Shown: positions 1-15,043, numbered from the stretch's first letter. The stretch: 64,000 nucleotides of DNA from Paramecium tetraurelia (GCA_000165425.1 CT867997.1:310001-374000); one strand, 5' to 3'. Notes: a model not told the origin generated them from the sequence alone. Numbers and translations are program-made.

Positions 1-490
1 AATCAATCCAGCAAAAAAAGTTGGGATTGCTAAGCCTAATTCTACTCAATCCAGAAATCATAAAACTGACAGAAGTTCATTAATTGCATTATTTGAGAAA
101 TTGCATGAAAAGGAGTGTCATAATAAACATCGTAAATAAACATCCTAAAATTCTAATTATGTTGTTAATAACTAAAAGTAACAGCCTTAAGAATGTTTTT
201 ATACAGAATTGAAGTTTCGACAAAAAATGAAAGGATCATTATCCAATAATTCCTCCGGTTAACTTTGTTCTCATCTTAACCCTAATTCATCATCTACTTA
301 AATTCAGTAAAACCAATAAAATAGTATAGACGATAATTTACAATAATTAGCTGAAAGAATGTAATACATTTTAAATAGCTATCATTAAAAGTTGAAGCAA
401 GTAGACTTTGAAAAAGAAGTGCTAATTTAAGAAATCTAATATTGGAAATCTAAATATTAAAAGTGTTAATAAAAATCATCAATATCTTGA
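1..490 (+). CDS. 3' end of a hypothetical protein with a C-terminal coiled coil (5' truncated)
   Basis: Frame 2 is open under code 6 (INPAKKVGIAKPNSTQ...LQQLAERMQYILNSYHQKLKQVDFEKEVLIQEIQYWKSKY...) to TGA at 488-490. Confidence 0.7.
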
Positions 491-1038
491 ATTTAAGTTT
501 AGATTAAAAATTGATAATAATCTTTTTTTATAATGATTAATAATAAAATAAATAAAAAAATAAGTGAATTTTATAATCTTTATTTTTCGAATAGAAAAAT
601 TAAATCTTTATCATTTATATCTATTGAAAATATATAAAATGAAGTATTGATTAAAAAATGAAAATTATTTCTTATAAAATATGTTTACAGCTGGTTATAT
701 TGTGTTTTTATACTTAATATTTTCAATATACAATAAATTTAATTTTTGGATGATTCTATTTATAATATTTAATGAAATTTGGCAAAATAAGGGAAAAATC
801 GTTTTCAATCCTACAAATTACAAGTTAATATATTAAATGTAAACTGCAACTAATTTGCTCATATCAGTCAATAATTATTTTCGTGGTGAAATGGAATATT
901 ATATATTTTATCTCTTAAATAATATCTTCAGTAATTAATTCAAATAAGTCAACTCATAAAGGAGATTTATTATTTAATGAACTTTTTAACCATTACAAGC
1001 TCATTATTATGTTTATATATAAACAATTTAATTAAATT

Positions 1039-3335
1039 TCATTTATCAAAACAATTATGTCCACACCCAGAAGGACATTAACTGTTGCTGCTAAACCAAT
1101 TTTTCATTTCTTTCATGTGACCTCCATGCATACATTATTGACACCATAAGTAAAGACCTCGTACAGGTTTAAAACTATTTTCTAACATTCAATAATACCA
1201 TATTGAACAGATAAAATCGATCTTACAGACATTGCAAAAAGCTCCTGTTGTTTAGTTATTTTTGCATGGACCAAGACATTTATAATTGGTTACGTATTTA
1301 TTGCTAGCTCTAAATTATTCAACTGGACTTTCTAATGCAGCTTTCATTGCTAACGTGTGTTTTCCAAATGCCACTAACAATTCAATATATGATTGAGTCC
1401 ATTTTTTGGCATTTAAATCAGGGAACTACACATAATTTTTTGCACAAGCAGCCATCCAAAATCCACTTGGAAGATCTCCTTAATCAATGACATGTTGGAT
1501 TAATTAAAGTATAGAATTAGAAATAACTTGCCTAATATACAATTAAAAGATTACATCATATGTTATTTATCAGTCAATAAGTATCCAATAGGAGTCATTG
1601 TTCTTAACAAATTCTTGTAGTAAGGTATTCTTTCTATATGAACTTTTAAATGATTTTAATCTTCAATTATGATATTCTTGCTATCTAATTCTTATCTGAA
1701 GGCTGCTGGGTATTTTTCGAAATATTTATAAAGTTTTTATAGATCCTGTGAATCCAATTATTTTTTTTCATGTGTTTTATTATTTTTTGTAATTTGTGTA
1801 GTTTATTCTAGAGGAGATTTTTAATCATCATCAGATTAATCATTACCTTTGTTTGGTAATTATACAGGACAATCCTACATAGAAATATTGGAGGCACAGT
1901 CTTTGGATAACTTTTTAAAGTCATTGATAAGATGTTCTAAAGCTTTCCAATAGTGTGCGATTTCTGGTTTATTAATTTGCAATGCAACATTGCTATTGTA
2001 TGAAAAGTCTTTTTTCGAATTATAATTCTTTTAAAAATATTTTAATTCCTCATCAAAAGGGATTTTGGGATCAAATATTTAATCGATAGCTTCCATATAG
2101 AAAATTGATCTCACATTGCTCTTCTGAATTTGCGAGTTTTATGGAGATACTGATGTTGCCTTTTGAATGTCTTACTATGAATTATGAATTAGATTATTTT
2201 GAGATGTATTTTAAGTCTTAGCCTTTTGAAAGAAGATTTCATCATTAGAGGATTACTTTTGAATTGATGACATGTTCATGTAATAGGGGTTGCTCTTTTC
2301 TGATTCATATTAATTTTAAAAGGGAGATTCTAGTTTCATGAGCAGATCATTGTATTAATTAAAGGCAACAGGAAATATGGGACAATTATTATATACTTGA
2401 TACGCCTATCTCACGGATTGCATTCTCAAGAATTTATCCTTAGATCCAGTAAAGACATACTATTCATCCTAACTAAAAACAAAGGATGTAATAATATCAT
2501 TATGACCTTTGACAATGTGCATGGGTCTAAAAGGAGTTCTGATATCATAAGTGGTGACTGAGATATCTCTGTTCAATGATGACACACTCAGAAGTGAATT
2601 GTTCTATACATGCCATTTGATATGAGAAGACCCATCTATATGCTAAATGATTCCTTTTTCCCTGATATCAGTGTGGTTCTCTACTTACAAGATCTTGATT
2701 TCTTTATCATTTGATCCACTAGCCAAAACATTATCTTTAGTCCAATCCAAACAAATAATTAGATTTGTCAATGGGTCTTGTTTCCTACCCTTTAGATTAA
2801 TTTCGGTAACTATATCTTGTTGTTTCCTAATGTCAAAATATTCTAATTAGCCTGTATCTGAAGCTGCCATGAAATAATTGTCTCTTGTAATATTAAATTT
2901 AATGTCTCTAATGGCTTCATTTCGTTATAATGTGAAAATTGGTTAAGCAGTAGTTTAACGGTAATCGTAATAATTAATTGTATAATCTTAGCCACCACTT
3001 ATAAAACAGTTTTCATTGTGCCAATTCATTCTATGGATAGCTGCTTGATGATTTCTATAAACAGTCTCTTTTTGCTTGTCAATATCCCAAACCTAAAATT
3101 ACCCTTATACTGATGCAGCCAATAATAGAGTTGGCTTTTTGCGATTAAATTCAACATAACCTATAGCTAATTTTGTGCCTTGTCTCCTCATATTCTATTT
3201 GATATTCATTTTTTTATTCACTTAATCCAAATCTATTATTTTTAAGATTTCTCTCCCTCCAACAACCAAATTCCTCCCTGATTAATCAATATCAATTGAG
3301 GATATGCTTGTTTGCAAATCTAAATCCTAATCCAT
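1039..3335 (-). CDS. WDR24: GATOR2 subunit WDR24/Sea2(Rtc1)-like protein: N-terminal WD40 repeats and C-terminal RING-like Zn finger
   Basis: Starts MDQDLDLQTSISSIDIDQSGRNLVVGGREILKII; WD repeats (LASGSNDKEIKI, PFRPMHIVKGHNDIITSF); C-terminal CLEPVRGLYLWCQQCMHGGHMKEMKNWFSSNSQCPSGCGHNC matches the WDR24 terminal Zn finger. Confidence 0.88.
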
Positions 3336-3357
3336 TTTATTTATATAAATATTTATT

Positions 3358-6300
3358 ATGTAATTATAAGTCAAAATAACACAAAGAATAGATTGCTATG
3401 TTAGTCTCCCAAGAATGTTCTAGTAATTCACAACTCAATCTTTTTCGTAAGGCAATCTAGGTTAGGTGATAAAAGCGTAATGATATCCTCCTTATTAAAG
3501 TGAATTAATGAAGACCCAATAAATTGCATATTTTAGTTGTTAAGGTATTTCCGAAGATAATATGATTGAAATTGGTTTTTAATTTGCTCAGCTTTTAAAT
3601 ATTGATGATGGTGATTTTTTATAAATAGCAACAGGTAAATTTCTTTTTAGAATAAATTTAAGTCTCAAATTGCAATCAATCCAGTGCTATAACTATATAT
3701 GTTTAAAAATGGTCAGATTATATGATTGTTCAGCATTAAAAAGATGTTTTTGAAACAGGTCTTCTTAATAGTATTTAAATTGTCTATAACGAATTGCTTT
3801 TTCCAATATTTTATTAAGAAGGACAATTTGTTACTTTTACTTTCAAAGCCTAAGATTATAAGGGTCCAATTGCCATCAGTCCTAACTGTGAAATTAATAT
3901 TTTAATTGAGGAGGAATAAAAACCAGATCAGAAATTGGATTTAATTGAATTGAATGTTCTTCTCAAAGACAAAGACTCTTTTGAATCCTATATTGAAATA
4001 AATACAGATCTATATCATAATAATAGATTGGACAAATTATATTAGATAACTTACTCATCATCATTTCCTAAATCATATAGAAATTATGTTAAATATGCCA
4101 AACACTTGAAAAAAAACAAATAGAAATAAAATATTCCTAAAACTGCGATTGTCTAGTTCAGATAAGACAATGAAATCAAAAATAATAAATAATGTTTAAT
4201 TTCGAAATTCTATGCCAAATATCTTGGAATAAGAGAAGGTTAAGTGATTTTAATCAATACATAGGAACAGGATATTAGTAAAGAAGCAACTATTAGAACA
4301 TTCAAAAGAAACTAGTTTATATTTCAAAAAATATATTTCAATTTCTTCACAGATCAACCTTTAAAAAAAGAGTCTATTATTTAATAGATATTAGAAAAAA
4401 TTGAGAAAAACTAATAAACTGTTTTACAAAGTAATTAAAGATTAAAATATTAGGCAGAGTTCATTATTAGGAACAACTCTACTTTTTGAGGATAGTGCAA
4501 TTAATTGGTAATCAACCAGAACACTTCCTCTAAACGTTGTCTATTGTAAATGAACATAATGAACCTAAAGTAATTGGAGAAAGAGAAAAAGGATTGTTAA
4601 CAAAATATTTAGAAGAACATGTTAGAGTTATTGGATTTACAACTCCAATCTAAAAAGAAATAAAACTTGCTTAGTACTATGGTTTAAAATCGAAAAAAGT
4701 ACTTTTATAGGATTATAAATTATTTTTGCAATTATTTGATGGGCCAATCAAATAAATAGAGTCTATTTTAATTTAAGAATCTAAATCTTAATGTTTAATT
4801 AGCTGTAAAGAAACTTAAGCTATGTAAATTTTGGTTTCCTATTTAAAAACTAAATTTGAAATAATTAAATTAAATATAGACAAATTAAATCAACAAGGGT
4901 AGAATGAAAAACTATCAAATGGTAAGAATTTGAATTTATCATAGTTAAAAAATTTATCAAGCACATCTTTTGGTAATCAAGATAAGCTTCTTTGAATCCT
5001 ATCCTTATAGTAGTTAAAGGAGTTGAATCAATTAAAAGCATCGATTTAATTGATTTTTAATAGTCATTCTAAATACTTATTTCAAATGTATATTGATATC
5101 ATTCATCTAGGTTTTAAGTAAGATTATTAGAAACTCAATTATGGAATATCAATCTGTTAAATTAATAGTTATTTCACCATCTAAGGACTATTTAAATGGA
5201 AATCTATAAAGTATACTTATTATTTAAATTAAGAAATATTTTCAAAGGAAACTATCATAGAATTCAATAAACCAAAACAAGAACTCAGATAGAGAATTTT
5301 TGAATAATGTTATCATTCTCATTAGATCAAGAAATCTGCTGAACTTTTAGCATCAAAATCTGAAAATTTCAATTATTCCTAATTTCACGCCTTATAAAAG
5401 AGAGAGAAATATTAAGAAGAATTGAATCAAGAAATATCAGAAGAATGGATTTTATAATAAATTAATGATTTGCAAGATTAATAAGTGTAATTGAAATAAA
5501 AAATACCCACTTTTAAAGAAATAGGTGGTCTGAAAGAATAAAAGTAGATAATATTGGATTTATTTGAATTGCCTATGAAATATGAGCATTTATTTGCTAA
5601 ATCCAAAATTAAGCTACCAAAAAGTGTTTTAATTTATGGTATGCCAGGTTGTGGAAAAACCTATTTTAGTTTGAGTATCTGCAATGAATTAAAAATTAAT
5701 GTGATAACAGTAAAGGGACCTGAATTACTAGATAAATATATAGGTATATTAAGAAATAATAAGTATAGGATCTTCTGAATAGAATGTTAGAGATCTATTT
5801 TAAAAGGCATAATCATAATCTCCTTGCATTATATTTTTGGATGAAATAGATTCCGTAGTGCCAGTGAGAACATCTTCACATTCTGGAGTGACAGATAGGG
5901 TAGTCAATCAATTTTTATGCTATTTGGATGGAGTGGAGGAAGGAATGAAGGGAGTATACATAGTAGCTGCTTCTAGTAGACCTGATTTAATTGACCCAGC
6001 TATTTTAAGGCCAGGAAGAATAGACAAGCATGTTAGAATAGATTTGCCGAATAAGGAGGAGATCCTTTAAATTTTGGAGATTTATAAAGGACCATTAGAG
6101 TTTGATGGAATTTCAGAATAAGAAATAGCTGATTCATTGTTTGGGTTATCTTAGGCAGACGTTGTGTCCTTTTTCAAAGAAGCCAGAATATATTTAACTG
6201 ATAGAATAGTATAATTAGAAGACTTTAGTCTTAAAAGAAAGGTGTAAAAAATTGAAGATTTTAAATTAACAAAGGAATTGTTTTAGGAGATTATGAAGAG

Positions 6301-6412
6301 TATGAAACCAAGTTTGAGTCAAAAATAGATAGTCTTTTATAAAGATGTTTATAGCAGATTTGAGAAGGGCGGCTTAAAAGATATGAGTAATCAAAAATAA
6401 GCTTTGTAGTGA
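3358..6412 (+). CDS. PEX1: Peroxisome biogenesis AAA ATPase PEX1 (several tiny introns)
   Basis: N-terminal [10 protein letters not shown] and [24 protein letters not shown] resemble the PEX1 N-domain. D2 AAA domain has [65 protein letters not shown]. Ends QKQALQ*. Confidence 0.9.
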
Positions 6413-6467
6413 TTATATGTTATTTTGTTAAATTAGATTGATTATTCTTTTAAAGTCTAAAATCTAT

Positions 6468-6515
6468 GAATTTGAATTCTATTTCATTAAATCAACGGAA
6501 ATAGAATTCAAATTC
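6468..6515. repeat. Perfect 18-bp inverted repeat with 12-nt spacer (potential hairpin)
   Basis: GAATTTGAATTCTATTTC (6468-6485), spacer ATTAAATCAACG, GAAATAGAATTCAAATTC (6498-6515). Confidence 0.9.
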
Positions 6516-6820
6516 TTTAAGGAGAATTTTAAAATAAACTTGCATATAATAGTTTATATATGATTTATTATGAACATTGTTGTAAAATTGAAATTCATTT
6601 AATAATATTCTCTTCAAGACTTAAGAAATAGAACGAAAGCACTAACAAAAGATAAATCCTTAAAGATTTATTTAATATTATTATTAATATAAAAATTTAA
6701 ATGAGATTGAATCTTCTTAGGGTTGTGAAATTATATTTCTTTAAGATCACAAAGGAGTTTTCCCTATAATTACAAAATTAATATATATTTTAGTTTAATA
6801 AATAAAAAATAGTTCTAATT

Positions 6821-8644
<1,824 letters not shown>

Positions 8645-8768
8645 ATTACTATTTTTCTTAACTATGCATATATATATTGCATAGCTAATCAATTTTTTAT
8701 ACTTATATTAAAAATATATGTTTAATTATATTATAGTTATTTTAAAAACTACAGTTATTTTTTATAAT

Positions 8769-8776
8769 AAAAAAAA
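8769..8776 (-). terminator. Pol III oligo(T) terminator of the tRNA gene
   Basis: Run of 8 A on + (T8 on -) 2 nt downstream of the tRNA 3' end. Confidence 0.75.
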
Positions 8777-8778
8777 GT

Positions 8779-8850
8779 TGCGTCTATCGGGACTCGAACC
8801 CGACCTAAATGCTTGGAAGGCATTCGTACGAACCTCTATACTATAGACGC
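8779..8850 (-). tRNA. tRNA-Gly (anticodon TCC)
   Basis: Reverse complement GCGTCTATAGTATAGAGGTTCGTACGAATGCCTTCCAAGCATTTAGGTCGGGTTCGAGTCCCGATAGACGCA folds into a cloverleaf (acceptor GCGTCTA/TAGACGC, anticodon loop CTTCCAA, T-loop TTCGAGT). Confidence 0.96.
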
Positions 8851-9571
8851 TGACTGAGATTTAAAAGGTTTTCTTGTATATCAACATCTCTAATTAAAAT
8901 TAGAAATGGGTTTTTCCGCACATCTATGATATCATTTTCTTAAAGATATGATTAATAAAAAGTAAAATATGTTTATATGATTATATTAATTTTACTCCAT
9001 TTTTATTATTTTAATACTAATCGACAGTTTTTAAGTTTTCAGATTTCCTCTCATGTTGATCTTCATCTAAACATAATTATTTTTGAAGATATTATTATTA
9101 AATATAATAGTAAGTACTTAAATCATTTATTATTATAATTCTTTTATTTGCTGAATCGAAAGTCTAGATTAAATGAAAGGAAGTAGATATTGTTATGGTT
9201 CTATTTGAATATTATCTTATTTCACTTATATTTTTGATACTATAAATATTATAAAGTATTTTTTATCTTTTATATGATTTGATAAAATTGAATATTTTAC
9301 TTATAATACTCCATCTAATAAAGTGTGTTATATAGATTTAAATACTCTGTTAATAATAATAATAAATAGTAAACACTTCTATGTAATAATAAAAAGGCAG
9401 ATCTACCAATCTCTACAATAAGAAAATGACTTGATTATAACAAATGATAATTAACTGCAAAATCAGGATATCTAATCATATTCCTTGTGACTTAAACAGA
9501 TGAAATTACTGTATGTTATTTTATTATAGTAATGATTTATTTATAAATATTAAAAAAAATAATTTATATAA

Positions 9572-10066
9572 ATGAGCTTGGAAGTTAAGAATGCACATAG
9601 ATAAGCATTTAAAGAAATCTTTTCGATGAAGGCAGTTGAAGGAAAACTAGACAAAAAGGGACTGGCTGATCTTTTTATTATGATTGATTACAAGGTGATG
9701 TGATTGTTTGTAATGATTGTTAGATTCCATAAGAATAATTTGATGAGATGGTTTAAAGAATATTCGGGAAGAAAGAATAGATTGGATTTGAAGAGTTTTT
9801 AAAAATCTTTAATTTAAAACTGACAGATTACACTTTTAATGATGTGAGAAATGCCTTCAAATTATTAGCAAAAGATGATGATAGGTATAACAATAGATCA
9901 ATTAATATTTAGGTACATTCCCTTAGAGAAGATTAAGAAGGTGTTGCTAAAGAATAATGTACCTGCTGAGGAAGTTGAATTTTTATGTCATCAATTGGAT
10001 CCATTCACTGATACGATGAAGAGAGTCAATTATGCTGAGTTCTTGAAGAGCTTGAGCAATGTTTGA
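9572..10066 (+). CDS. Small calmodulin/myosin-light-chain-like EF-hand protein (2 introns)
   Basis: RQAFKEIFSM...IGFEEFLKIF...DVRNAFKLLAKDDDRYIPLEKIKKVL...VNYAEFLKSL; the loops are degenerate. Confidence 0.85.
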
Positions 10067-10121
10067 TCTATGCGGATTAAAAGTATTACTTAATATTAAA
10101 TTATTTAAATAAATTTTAATA

Positions 10122-11770
10122 ATGAACTTTTCCCCACAATTAGGATTTCTAGCTCAAAAGTTTTAGGAGAAATAATAGAACAATAGGATCACAAAGAGTG
10201 ATTTAGAATAAATACTAGAAACTGCTAATTATTGTTAATCTGAAATTTAATCTTTAATCTAATAAATCAATGAAGATGAAATAAGTAAAAGTAAATTGTT
10301 ATATAGCCTATAATTAGTTTTTGTCGATTGTGGGAGTTTCTGAAAATAGTCAAAATGTATAAACCTATTAATAAAATAATGGGTATGAGATGGTTTCTGA
10401 ATAATAATAAAAGTTGACATCTGAATAGCTTCAGAGCATTTATGATGATTACAAAATTGCATTAAAAAATCAGGATTTCGAAAAAACCAAGTTAATTCTA
10501 AGTATTTGATTATATTAAATCCCAAGATTAGTATAGAGATATTGATTTAGTTAATAAAATTGATCCATCCTAAAGATAAATCTCAACATACATAGCTGTT
10601 TAGGGTCCAGATGATAATATAGCATAGCAAACATTGGAATTGTTGTTTGATTTTGGCGCCAACTTTAATTACAAAGATTAATTAGGGCAATCGATTTTGT
10701 TTTATATCTGCAGAGACGGAAGACTAAAACTACTCGACTTTGTATTGTCAACCAACTCTGTAAATGTCAATGACTAAGATCGATATGGATAAACACCTCT
10801 GTTCTATGCTGCAAGAGATAATAGATATGACATTGTCATTAGGTATGATAATAATTGTCTATAGGTTTCAGATTGATTTAGTATGGAATCGATGTTAACA
10901 TTGTGGATAAACTTTCAAGTTAAACAGCCTTATTCTATGCAGCCAATGGAGGACATGTTGACATATGCAAAGTATTGATAGAAGTACAACAATCATATTT
11001 AATATAAGAATGGAAGTAATCCAGGACACATTGATTCATCTAAAAAAAATGCTCTATTTTTTGCTAGGAAATACAATAGAAAGGAAGTGATAGATCTATT
11101 TAATAACTACTTCAATAAAAATAAGGATGATATGTCTAAAAACAGTGGAGGAAATGATAATAGCAAAGGAGAAGCACCTAGATCGTAACAATAAAAGCGA
11201 AAATTCAATAACCTCCCCAAATAGTCATACAAATTGATATTTACAGATAACTAAGGGAACTAGAGAGAATTGAATTCTGTTGAGTTTTAAAAGTTTCAAT
11301 AGGAATACCCTGAAGTTGCTAATTTAATTGTAAATGCTGATGAATTGATTGACGATACCATCATCAATTAAATTAAGGATGATGATACATGGGAGAAGAT
11401 TGCTAAGAAGGTCTTAGGTATTTATACAGCATAATTCCTTCTTTAGGCATTATTTGGAAGGCAAAAGGAGCTCATTTGTTTCATCAACCAGTTGATCAGA
11501 AAAAGTATGGAATCAGTGATTACTACGAAATAGTTTCAAAACCAATGGATTTTGGAACAATTAAAGTATTGAGGTATTATTACGATATAGAACAAATTAA
11601 ATTCAAATGTGTATAGTTCTTGCCAGGAATTTTATGATGATGTGTTGCAGGTTTTTGAAAATTGTATTTTGTATAATGGGGAAACTAGTGAGGTGGGATA
11701 GATCGGATTAAGTATCAAATAGGAGTTTCAAAACCAATTAGAGTTGACATTATTAAAAAAATATTTATGA
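10122..11770 (+). CDS. Ankyrin-repeat plus C-terminal bromodomain protein with an EF-hand-like N-terminus
   Basis: Ankyrin repeats (GQSILFYICRDG, GQTPLFYAARDN, QTALFYAANGGHVDICKVL); bromodomain (FHQPVD, DYYEIVSKPMDFGTIK, VFENCILYNG); ATG at 10122 is in frame via the intron gtaaaagtaaattgttatatag. Confidence 0.9.
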
Positions 11771-11797
11771 TGATTATAACATCAAATTTTTCTTTTT

Positions 11798-13231
11798 ATG
11801 AATTTTAAGAAAAATACTACTTATGCGATGATGGCATTGGCAGGAGTCCTAGGGATAGGATACCTAGCATATGATTATAAGAAAACCCAGAAGGAGATAA
11901 TATAGTTTGAAGCTGATTTGAAATAATTCTAAGAGGTTTAGGCTCTGAAAAAGGAAAAGCAAACCATCTTTCTTGATCCAAAGGACAGTTCATTTAACAA
12001 AACTTTGAACATCAGCTTTACGGGCACAAGATAAATACATTGTATTTGCGTAACTGGAGGGCCAGGATGTGGAAAAACAAGTGTAGTGACATTCTTATAA
12101 GAAAGACTCAAAGACTTTTAATATAATGTTATAGTGGTTCCCCTTCTGGATGATTTCATATTGGGTCAAGATTAAGAAATTATGTAAGAATTGGGTAATG
12201 AGGAGAGAAACTAAATGATAATTAAGAAGATGATGTTGATGCAAACTTTGCTCGATTATTCTAAGGATTTAGCATAATAAGTAAAGGACAAAGATTCTAT
12301 CATTCTTTGTTAAGGTGGAATTTTGGATTTGTTGTCTGTTTTAGATGAAAAGGAGAAGGCCAAAATGTTCGAGGATCTTGAAGAGCAATTTAAGCCATTG
12401 GCAACTTTGAGAGATAAAAATTATGATGCAGTTATACATTTAGTAACAAATGCTGAAGGACTCCAATAAAACTTTTATTTTGGCAATTCCTTCATCAACA
12501 GAGATTAAGAAATAAACAAGGCTATCGAGGCTGATCGAAGGATATAAACACTCTGGATGGGGCATCAAAATCATTTCTTGATTGACAATCGTGGACTTAC
12601 ATTCGATAAAAAGATTCAGAGGGCCTATAAGACTGTTTAGAAAATATTAGGAATGGTACAAACAAATATCAGATGGACTAAAATTGGATTAAAATAAAGT
12701 ACAATCAATTGTTATTTACAATAGTTAACTTTCCTAGTGATCTCCCTCGTACTCAAATAAAAATTACAGATATTTTCCTTTTAGACGAAAAGAGTTAAGC
12801 TCAAAAAGAAATAAACAGAGTCAGAATGAGATAAGTTGAAGGAGGCATTAAATAATATTATTTGATTACAACCAAAAAATCATAGCAAAAAGATGATATT
12901 TAGTTTTTGAGGAGAATGATTTCCTTTTCTTAATTTCATCATATAGTGAATTAGAATTAGAACAAAATTAAAATCTTGGAACGACTAAGATATTGTTTTA
13001 CATTTCAAAACTAGTAATTATACTTAATTAATTATCAAGAATGATGTAAGTCGATGTTATACATTCCAAACAACTGGGAATTTTAAGATTAGCCCAAAAT
13101 GAGGGAACCGAAACTTATAATATTCCTAAATGGATATAAATTGATGATAGAGTAGATAGTATTGATATTTATTAAAATTAGACAATCCTAAATATGATTC
13201 CTTTAATTTGGCTCAAAGGAAAAAGGTTTGA
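11798..13231 (+). CDS. TTD14-like P-loop (AAA_28) plus CYTH-like protein with an N-terminal membrane anchor
   Basis: TM segment YAMMALAGVLGIGYLAY; CICVTGGPGCGKTS; LRDKNYDAVIHLVTNAEG; WMGHQNHFLIDN; C-terminal NPKYDSFNLA. Confidence 0.8.
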
Positions 13232-13300
13232 ATATATTCTGAATTATTAAACGAATTTAAATTTAATACCAAATAGCTAATATTAAAATAATTATATGTA

Positions 13301-15043
13301 TCAAGAATTTTCTTCTGTCTCTTACTCTATTTCATAATCAGGAGGTAAAATAATTCTAACTAAATCCTCCATATTGAGTTTACCATCTCGATCAATATCA
13401 TACTATTAAAACAGATTCTCAACTTCCCTCTCTGTAAATCCATAAGTGAAGGTCTTCTTCATATCCTCTATAGATATATCTAATTGGTTAAATATATTTA
13501 ATTACATCCTTTTCCATCCTAATCGATTAAATTAAATAATTATTTAACTCTAATCATACTTTGTTTTGGAAGAATCCTTTTTCTTTTATTTGGTTGTTTT
13601 TCTACTCTCAGAAACTCCATTTCTAAACTCTCTTTTGAACTTTTAGCAAAAACCTCGTTGTATTATTGAATCCATTAATTCATGATTTTTAATTACTCCT
13701 AAGTGAGTGAAGGATACAATTTCAACATTAGTTAATCAAAAGTAACAAACCCTTTTTATTTTGAATCTAAGTAATTATATAAGCTTGCTGTCACTCTTTT
13801 CATATGTGGCTTGTTCTGAAAAGACTTAGTAAATTCCTTTACTTATATAACCTAATTTTTATCAGAAAGACTATCAAAATAACTTTTCAATTTGAAGATC
13901 TCATTTCTAGTAAGAGTACACCCTTTAGTAATGATGATATTCTTCATTATCTTAGTAGGCACTATTACCCTTCTGGAAGTGCCATCACGCTAAGTGACAA
14001 ATCTGATAGTCGGAGAATCATATCTTTATATCTTTCTAGAATGATCTCCTATTGCCTTTTCTAAGAGTTATAATTCATCAACTTCATCATCCAATATTGA
14101 AGGTTTCATTTATGAAATCTTAGGTAAAGAACCATTAGAACCAAACTATTTCGATCTGATTTAAAGTTGACGAACACTTTTTGTTGTAGCCTTATAACTT
14201 TCTTATTATCTTTAAGTTAATTTATCATTTAGACTTTTCATAAAGTACTCGTTCTTATTTGCTTTCGTTATCATTTCTAACATGTCTGCAGCCTCTTACT
14301 CACTGTAAGGCTTAAATGATTTAAACACCTCAAAAGGCTCTTGCACTTTCTATTTTGGTTCATACAATGTGAATAAATCTTTGCCTATATCATTCTCCTT
14401 CTCCAACCACTCAATAATTCTAAATTTAAATCTCAATTTACTCGCTTAATTCCAATTAATTATCAACTTGAATGTCGCTTTTCAAAAACATCAGTTTTGC
14501 AAACTTCTCTAATTGAACATATGGAGGTAATTCAGCATTTGTTAATTTACAATATCCTATTATTATCGATTTAATAATTATGAGGAGTTCATTTAAACTT
14601 ATGTTCCCATTACAATCTAAATCGAAAACAATATATAAAACTAATATAGCTTTTCAGTTTTACAATGAATTTTATGAATATGCTAAGTATATGAACAAAT
14701 TGTTAAAACGCAAATGAGCTCATAAATTGATAAGAGTTTCGATTTCCTGCAAAAATTATCAAATATATATCCTGCATTCGGACGAGAAAATGGAACTATT
14801 TTACAGAATAAACTCTTATCAATAAAAGGAATTGAAGTTCTACGTTAAAACTATTCATATACAGCTCGAATTTCAGTTAATGACCCTGTATGTATAAAAT
14901 TAAATACAATAAAGCAACTATTTCAATGCTGGATCCACATCTCTTGAGATGTCAAATTTTAGTTCCATTTTTCTCAAATGCATAGGTAGACTACTCAAAT
15001 TGCCATTCTCATCCTATGTTGTCTGTGAAGAAACACTGCCCAT
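13301..15043 (-). CDS. Multi-EF-hand protein with an N-myristoylation motif
   Basis: Starts MGSVSS; EF loops DLDCNGNISLNE, DSKQKGFVTFDQ, DQDGKG, DIDRDGKLNMED; ends RIILPPDYEIEQETEENS*. Confidence 0.82.
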
